Notes under the pieces: model-generated
The model's database searches: none
What the model was told of the DNA's origin: nothing
What the model saw: only the letters and a program-made list of their open reading frames with translations
Made by a program: the position numbers and the translations under genes
Part shown: positions 58,101-64,000 of the stretch, piece by piece
How the letters are laid out: the number at the start of each line of letters is the position of its first letter
How positions within the stretch are numbered: the stretch's first letter is position 1
From: a virus
Reading direction: 5' to 3' (one strand)
Length of the DNA: 64,000 nt
UHGV virus genome: UHGV-1367859

Positions 58101-61100
58101 CTCTTCAGAGAGCCATGTCAAAGGTTAATAATGACATAAAGTTTAAGAACAGGTTCTCTGAGGAATATAAGAGACCTATAAATGAGCCTGTAAATGACAA
58201 AGGTATTGATAAGGATGAAACTGGAGACAGTGGCACTTCTACTGTACCTCATGTGAACCCAAATGCAACTCCTATTGAAACAACCCCTGCTCCTGTTGGC
58301 AATGTAACTGCTGAGATGGTTGCATCTGAGAATAGTGATTCTAATAGGAGAGTGGAGACTCAGAGAGACCTTGACAGGGGTCAACAAGGTCAAAGGAAGT
58401 ACTATAGACCTGCTATTCCTGAACTTCATATAGAAGCAAGTAAGGAAGGGGACTTTAGACCTTTCGACACTGTAGTATCTGAAAGAGAGTCAGGTGTAGA
58501 CTTCTCAGGTATCTATAGTTACCTCAGAGACAATGGAGCATTCAACTATGTTAATGCAGCTAAGTTGAAACCTGGAGATACTCTTGGTTTCATGATTGAC
58601 CCTGAGTTTAATGACCATACTATCTTCTTAGTAGATACTAGAAACAATCAGATTGTCGGTAGTATTGATGAATCAGATGCTTCAGTTGCTAGATATGAAG
58701 GTCTTGAAAACATCATAAGAAAAGTAAGAGATGAGTTCCAAAAAAGAGGGGAGGAGGCTACTGGCAAGTTTTTTGCTACCCCTCAAACAAGAGTGTCAAA
58801 AATGATGGTAGGTAGAATCCCTTATAGTACAGAAGAGAGAAGCCTTGCTGATATTCCTGGTGTACTTGATGGAGAAACTAAGCCTATCTTTGGTATTATC
58901 AAAAATGGTGTGCTCACTACTAACGAGAAGATTGATGACAGGCTTATAATCAAGCCTGTTGATATGTCTCAGAAAGAAGGTAGACTCTACTTACTTGTAC
59001 CTAATGGAGCTGGTACTTATAGTCTTGCTGCTGTGAGAGTTAGGCACTTTAATACACAAGAGTTCAACCTTGCTGATGCTACAGTTGCAAATACTCCTAT
59101 AGGTAAAGGTATCAATGAATCTCTTGATAGGCTTGCAGATGCAACATCACAGGATGACGTATCTATAGCAATGAAGGAACTTGCCCAGGACATCTATATG
59201 CAGGATGTTATGGTAACTTGGTTTGATGCTAAAGCTGGTAGTGGTATTGTAGTAAGTAAGAAGGTGAGGAAGCCTGATGGCACTTATGAAATGGTTACTA
59301 TCAATGGGCAGGAGCAAATTAAGGAAGAGAAAACTACTATCTATTATCAGAGTAGCAAGAAGGCTATTGAAGTAAATGGTCTTGAGTATACCTTTGAGGC
59401 AGCTAAAGATGCTGGTATAGATATGTCTCTCTTTGGTCAACCAAGAGACCCCTCTGAAATAAGAAGAGACATACTTGATACTATACTTAGGTATAATCTT
59501 CCTCTTCAAGTAAGTGCTTCAAAGATAAATGAGTCAAGTTACAATAATAGGGTAATTAAGTCTAACATACTTACTTCAAACCTTAGAGAAGCTAAGGTTA
59601 TAGGGAGCTGGTTTACTACTGACTACTTTGACAATCAAGGCAATCTTCAAAGAGCTATAAGTCCTTCCTCAGTTAAGCCTACACCAAGTAGAAGAACATC
59701 TTCTCCTGTAGGAGGAACTGAAGGAGTAGTACAAGGCACAAGAGTAGTAATTGGTAATACTCCTTATGTAGTTGACCTTAAGCATAGTATAGCTGTCAAT
59801 GAGAAGACTGGTGAAAGAAGAGCCTTCTCTACTTTCAATTCTCAGGGACTTATTGACATGGCTTGGGCACAGGAAACCTTTGGGGACTCTACTGAATCCT
59901 CAAGGATGACTGAGAATAAAATTATTACACCTAGGGGAGAAGTTCTTAATAGAAATACTGGTAAATATATAACTGGTACAGAGGCACAAAGAATAAAGGA
60001 CAAGATAGCTGGAAGGAATCAGGTTGATGAAGTGAGAATTGCTCAATCCAAGAGAGTTATTGCTGACATCTATGAGAACCAAAAGAGAGTAGATAAGACA
60101 AGAACTGATAGTGACTACTATTATATTCTTGAGGATGATGGTCAGTACCATCAATATTCTAGAGTTCATAGTAGACTAGGAGATAACTGGCTTGGGGAGA
60201 GAACTGCTAACAATAATTCAGAAAGAGCACTTAAGGCAGGCACTGCTGTTGATAAGGTAATTAGAGATTTCTTCACATCTAAAGAAACCCCTGTAAAGCC
60301 TGATACTCTCTCAGAGTCTGCATTTATAGACTTGATTTCAAAACTTACGGAAATCAAATCTAGGATGGAACAAATGGGAGAAACCTTCATGGCAGATAAT
60401 ATTGTTCTATTCCAGAAATATGCTGATGGTTCAAGAGTGGCAGGAGAGGTTGATATTCTATCAGTTGATAAGAATGGCAACTTCAAAATCTACGATGTGA
60501 AGACTAGCAGGTATAGTTTCAGTGATAGATATTTTACTGAGAAGTCTTCTAAGCAAAGGATGAGCACTAAAGACTACTATACCCTACAACTCTCCGCCTA
60601 TCAGAACCTCTTTGAATCTCAGTATGGTGTAAGACCCACAAGGTTAGCTATTCTTCCTTTTGTACTTACATATGAGAATATATCCTCATCCAAGACAACT
60701 TTACCTAATGGTAAAAGAATAAGTTTAGCAGTACCATCTCAAACTTCTACTGGAGGCTATTTTAGAACTGATAAGACTGTATCTGAGGATGAAGCTAGAT
60801 TTGAAATGGTGGAGACTTCTAATGAAGAAGTTGAATTTGCTCCTATTTTAAGTTCTCAAGCTCATAAGACTTCTATGAAAGCTACTGATGCAAATAAGGC
60901 AGCTATAGAATTTGTAGGTGGAGACCCTAAAGAAGCTGTAGACCTTATATTAGTTGAAACAGGTAAAGGAACTAAAGGAGATAAAGGAAGGGTGACTATT
61001 ACTAAGAAAGCAAAGATATTTGCTGTTACTCCAGGTACTCCTTACGTGCCTCAAACTGAATCTAGAGTAGCTTCAATAGAAGGACAAAAAGGTATACCTA

Positions 61101-62497
61101 TTACCTATAATCCTGCTGTTAATGTACCTCTTGCTAGCTCAGTGAGAGCACCTCAGCAACAGAACTCTCTACCTATCTTTGACTCTACAATGGAAACACT
61201 GATTACTGACAAAGAGCAGAATAGGGTTCTTCCTGAGAATGCTTTTGAAGAGGGAGGTGAGATAGGCTACTATGAGAAAGATGGTAAAGTCTACACTGGT
61301 TATCTTAAGAAGATAGGTGAGATAGAAATTACACATCCTGAGGGGCATAAAACCAAAGAATCTATTTATGTTACTAAGGTAAGGGATAGAGGTTTTGGAA
61401 GAGAGGGAGAACTTGGAACTACTTCAGAATATTTACCAGTATTCAGTAATGGCAAGGCTATCAGTACTAGAACTAATTCTGCAAGTGATGCAGAAGCTGC
61501 TAACATAATTATGAAGGCACTATCTGCAAAACCAGAAAAAGTACTGGCTTTAGCTTTAGAGAAGACTATAATAAAATCTGAGAAACCAACTACAGAAAAA
61601 TCTCAGCAAAGCTCTCAGCCTAGTGGAGCAGCTTCTACTATACAAAGAGAAGATGCTATCAATAACCATGATGATGAGCTTGAAGATGACCTTGACCTAG
61701 GAAACCTTAGAAGAGTTGATGACTCTTCAAGGGGTCTATGGGATAGGGAAAAAGAGCTTGCTTGGCTAGAGAGAGTACTTCCTCAACTGTCTGAACAAGA
61801 CAGGGTAAAGGTAGTAAAGGGTCTTATTCAAGTTGCTAAGAATGGTCCTGTTGCTTGGGGAAGATTTAGTAATGGCATCATAGAGCTTTCTGATGTAGCT
61901 GCTGAGGGTACTGTGTACCATGAAGCTTTCCATGTGGTATTCAATCTTATGCTTACCCCAGAGGAGCAGGCAGCTCTGTTTGAAGAAGCTAAGAATATAT
62001 ATGGCGAGAAGTCTTTATTAGATTTGGAAGAGGACATGGCAGAAGGATTTAGAGAATATGTGGCTTCTCAGGAAAATAGAAGTTTTGGCAGAAAGATACT
62101 TGATTTCTTCAAGCAACTCTTTGCTAAGGTTACTAACTGGAAGCATATGAAGCCATCTCTTACTGCTTACTACCAGGCTATAAATCAAGGAAAATACAGC
62201 AAGGATACTCTACCCTTAAAATCTATAGAAAGACTTAGGGAAGAGCAGCCTACTCTAGAGATGCAGACTATCAAAGAAAAGGCTATTGCTAATGGGACTT
62301 TTATGAAAGCTCCTAATGGTAACCCTTTCTCAACAGAGAATGATGACATCAGATTCAGGACAGTTCCTAACTCCTCATGGTCAATAGTAGATAGCCAAGC
62401 AAGAGAACTTTTAGAGGCCAGAGGATGGACTGAAGAGAAGTTCAATTCAATATCTCAAGCTGAAAGAGACCAAGCAATAAAATGCTCAAGTCTTTAA
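55145..62497 (+). CDS. giant virion protein (about 2450 aa) with 4 in-frame TAGs and a C-terminal HExxH (zincin-like) motif
   Basis: Track ORFs 55145..56044, 56081..57088, 57089..57931 and 58040..62497 are all in one frame. They are joined across TAGs at 56042, 57086, 57929 and 57965. HEAFH lies at about 61919-61933. TAA stop. Confidence 0.5.
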
Positions 62498-62532
62498 CAC
62501 AGAAATTTTTTTTTGTTAAGGAGTAAAAAAGA

Positions 62533-62579
62533 GAGGGTAGTGAGTTAATTCTCACTACCCTTTTTGTTTACTGCTTGAA
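62533..62579. terminator. bidirectional Rho-independent terminator between convergent genes
   Basis: gggtagtgag-ttaatt-ctcactaccc is flanked by an A-run on the 5' side and a T-run (tttttgttt) on the 3' side. Confidence 0.8.
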
Positions 62580-64000
62580 GAATGGAATACCATCCTCAGG
62601 ATGTAATCCTCTATAGATTGTTTTATTCATTGGTATGATAGGAGATTCATAGAATAGTCTCACTGCCCTAGATTCACCTTTATATCTACCAGATTTAAGT
62701 ATGGCATCTTCTCCACCTATAATCTCATAGTTATAAGGATTCATAAGACCTATTAAGTCAAGAGTATCTTCAATAGTATTCACACCAGCAGCAGGAGACT
62801 TGACAATCTTCAGACCTTCCCTTACTAACTGTGGGCCAGGAACCATAGAACCAAGTTCAGTGTAAAGTCTTCTTGCCTGATATTCAGCCATCTTAACTAA
62901 CCAAGGTCTATCTTTATCATCTGACCAGTCCATTAGACCAAGTATCAGAGCTACTGCAAGGAAGTGTCCTACCTCAGTTACAGCTCTTTTAATGTTGGCT
63001 TTCTCTGTATTAGTAAGGTTATTCCAGTTAGCTACAAGGGCAAACTGTCCTTCCTTAAGTTCCTTGGCAAGTTGTAGCATAAATCTACTTGTAGTTCTAT
63101 AATATCCCTCAGTCCAGGCATCTAGGTCAAAGTTGTATGTTGCAGACTTGAACCTTCTATTTAGAGATGGTTTAATCCACTTTCTGAACATAACACCCAT
63201 TCTACCAATAGCAAGTCTCTGAACAGCACTTCTATCAAGTTTATTGTAAATACCGTGCATTCTTTGATTGATAGCAGCAGATTTCCTACTGAACCTAATG
63301 ATGTCATCTTTTGTGAACTCAGTACCATCTTCTTTAGTATAGCCTTGCTTAACTTGAAGTCTAGCTCCAAGTTTCTTGTTGCTTGGGTCTATATAAACTA
63401 CCTCCATAGCATCCCACAAACTTACAATCTTGCCATCAGGAGACTTCATCTTATAAGCATCAGCAAGTGCCAAAGAGGTTCTGTGTTGCATCCAATGTTC
63501 ACCAGCATTGTTCATAAAGAATAGAGCTGAAGTATTACCCATCCTAGAGAACCAAGTCTTTCTGTCAAAGTTTACTTCTCTTACATTAGTCTCATACTCT
63601 TGTAATACATTGAATAATTCACTCCATAAAGCTAACTTACTTGTCTTAACCCTGTTCCCAAGTTCAGCAAGGAAAGCAGGCATTGCTTTCCCATACTCTC
63701 TATCAGCCACTATAGTATTTCTTTCTGAGAAGAACTCACCAGATAGTGATTCAATTCTCATCATTACTTTACCAGTAGCTACATTGGATATGCCTGAAAG
63801 AACATTAAGTGCTAAGGTGTTAAGAGAAGTCATTCTATTGACAAAGTTTGCAACCTTACCTTTATCAATCTTGGTATTACCAAAGGTACCTTCATCGGCC
63901 ATATATCTTTCATAGACTTGCATCTCAAAGAAGTCATTTAGCCTTTGAATTATTCTCCTGTCGTCTTTACCCTTGATAACTTTACTCTCTACAGTTCTCC
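62568..64000 (-). CDS. hypothetical protein, partial (continues beyond the window end)
   Basis: 451-aa track ORF. The frame stays open upstream of the annotated Met to the window edge (... RTVESKVIKGKDDRRIIQRLNDFFE-MQVYERY ...). Confidence 0.45.
   Translation of the reverse strand, partial: RTVESKVIKGKDDRRIIQRLNDFFEMQVYERYMADEGTFGNTKIDKGKVANFVNRMTSLNTLALNVLSGISNVATGKVMMRIESLSGEFFSERNTIVADREYGKAMPAFLAELGNRVKTSKLALWSELFNVLQEYETNVREVNFDRKTWFSRMGNTSALFFMNNAGEHWMQHRTSLALADAYKMKSPDGKIVSLWDAMEVVYIDPSNKKLGARLQVKQGYTKEDGTEFTKDDIIRFSRKSAAINQRMHGIYNKLDRSAVQRLAIGRMGVMFRKWIKPSLNRRFKSATYNFDLDAWTEGYYRTTSRFMLQLAKELKEGQFALVANWNNLTNTEKANIKRAVTEVGHFLAVALILGLMDWSDDKDRPWLVKMAEYQARRLYTELGSMVPGPQLVREGLKIVKSPAAGVNTIEDTLDLIGLMNPYNYEIIGGEDAILKSGRYKGESRAVRLFYESPIIPMNKTIYRGLHPEDGIPFFKQ

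Noticed and set aside
1-64000. TGA (or TAA) recoding in addition to TAG
   Set aside because: TGA and TAA terminate many genes at ATGA-type junctions (17579, 19920, 27655, several minus-strand genes). I found no in-frame TGA or TAA inside the long recoded frames.
1-64000. CRISPR arrays or rRNA genes
   Set aside because: No regularly spaced direct repeats of CRISPR type and no rRNA-like conserved segments were seen. The only tandem repeat is the 9-bp coding repeat at 49220.

Overview
This window reads as a phage genome segment at about 33% GC. Conserved -7 boxes of the form TAnnTTTG(C) point to a Bacteroidetes host, and the gene order is crAss-like. The layout is as follows.
- 1-8174: minus-strand early genes, mostly hypothetical, with TAA/TGA stops and no internal TAG.
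- 4946-6419: a minus-strand patch of tRNA genes and tRNA fragments, including an HNH endonuclease inserted in a split tRNA.
- 8594-11426: plus-strand genes with their own promoters.
- 11559-16275: a plus-strand array of about 24 tRNA genes, interrupted by an HNH endonuclease, an amidase endolysin and a 490-bp AT-rich spacer.
- 16291-19920: TAG-free middle genes (GroES-like protein, GIY-YIG homing endonuclease).
- 19913-24241: a large terminase split by two LAGLIDADG inteins.
- 24342-62497: portal, capsid-like and very large virion/tail genes, then a convergent minus-strand gene (62568 onward) behind a bidirectional terminator.
The main result is that many structural genes carry dozens of in-frame TAG codons and end only at TAA or TGA, which is why the ORF track is fragmented or empty there. 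The array contains a tRNA with anticodon CUA at 15638-15709 that looks derived from the phage tRNA-Gln, so TAG is most likely read as Gln. TAG use is uneven: the capsid/scaffold candidates and all homing endonucleases have none, while several virion genes are 3-5% TAG. Reading the terminase through requires three TAG codons. Mobile elements are plentiful: two or three HNH genes, three GIY-YIG genes (one frameshifted) and two inteins. Functional calls for most proteins are tentative.
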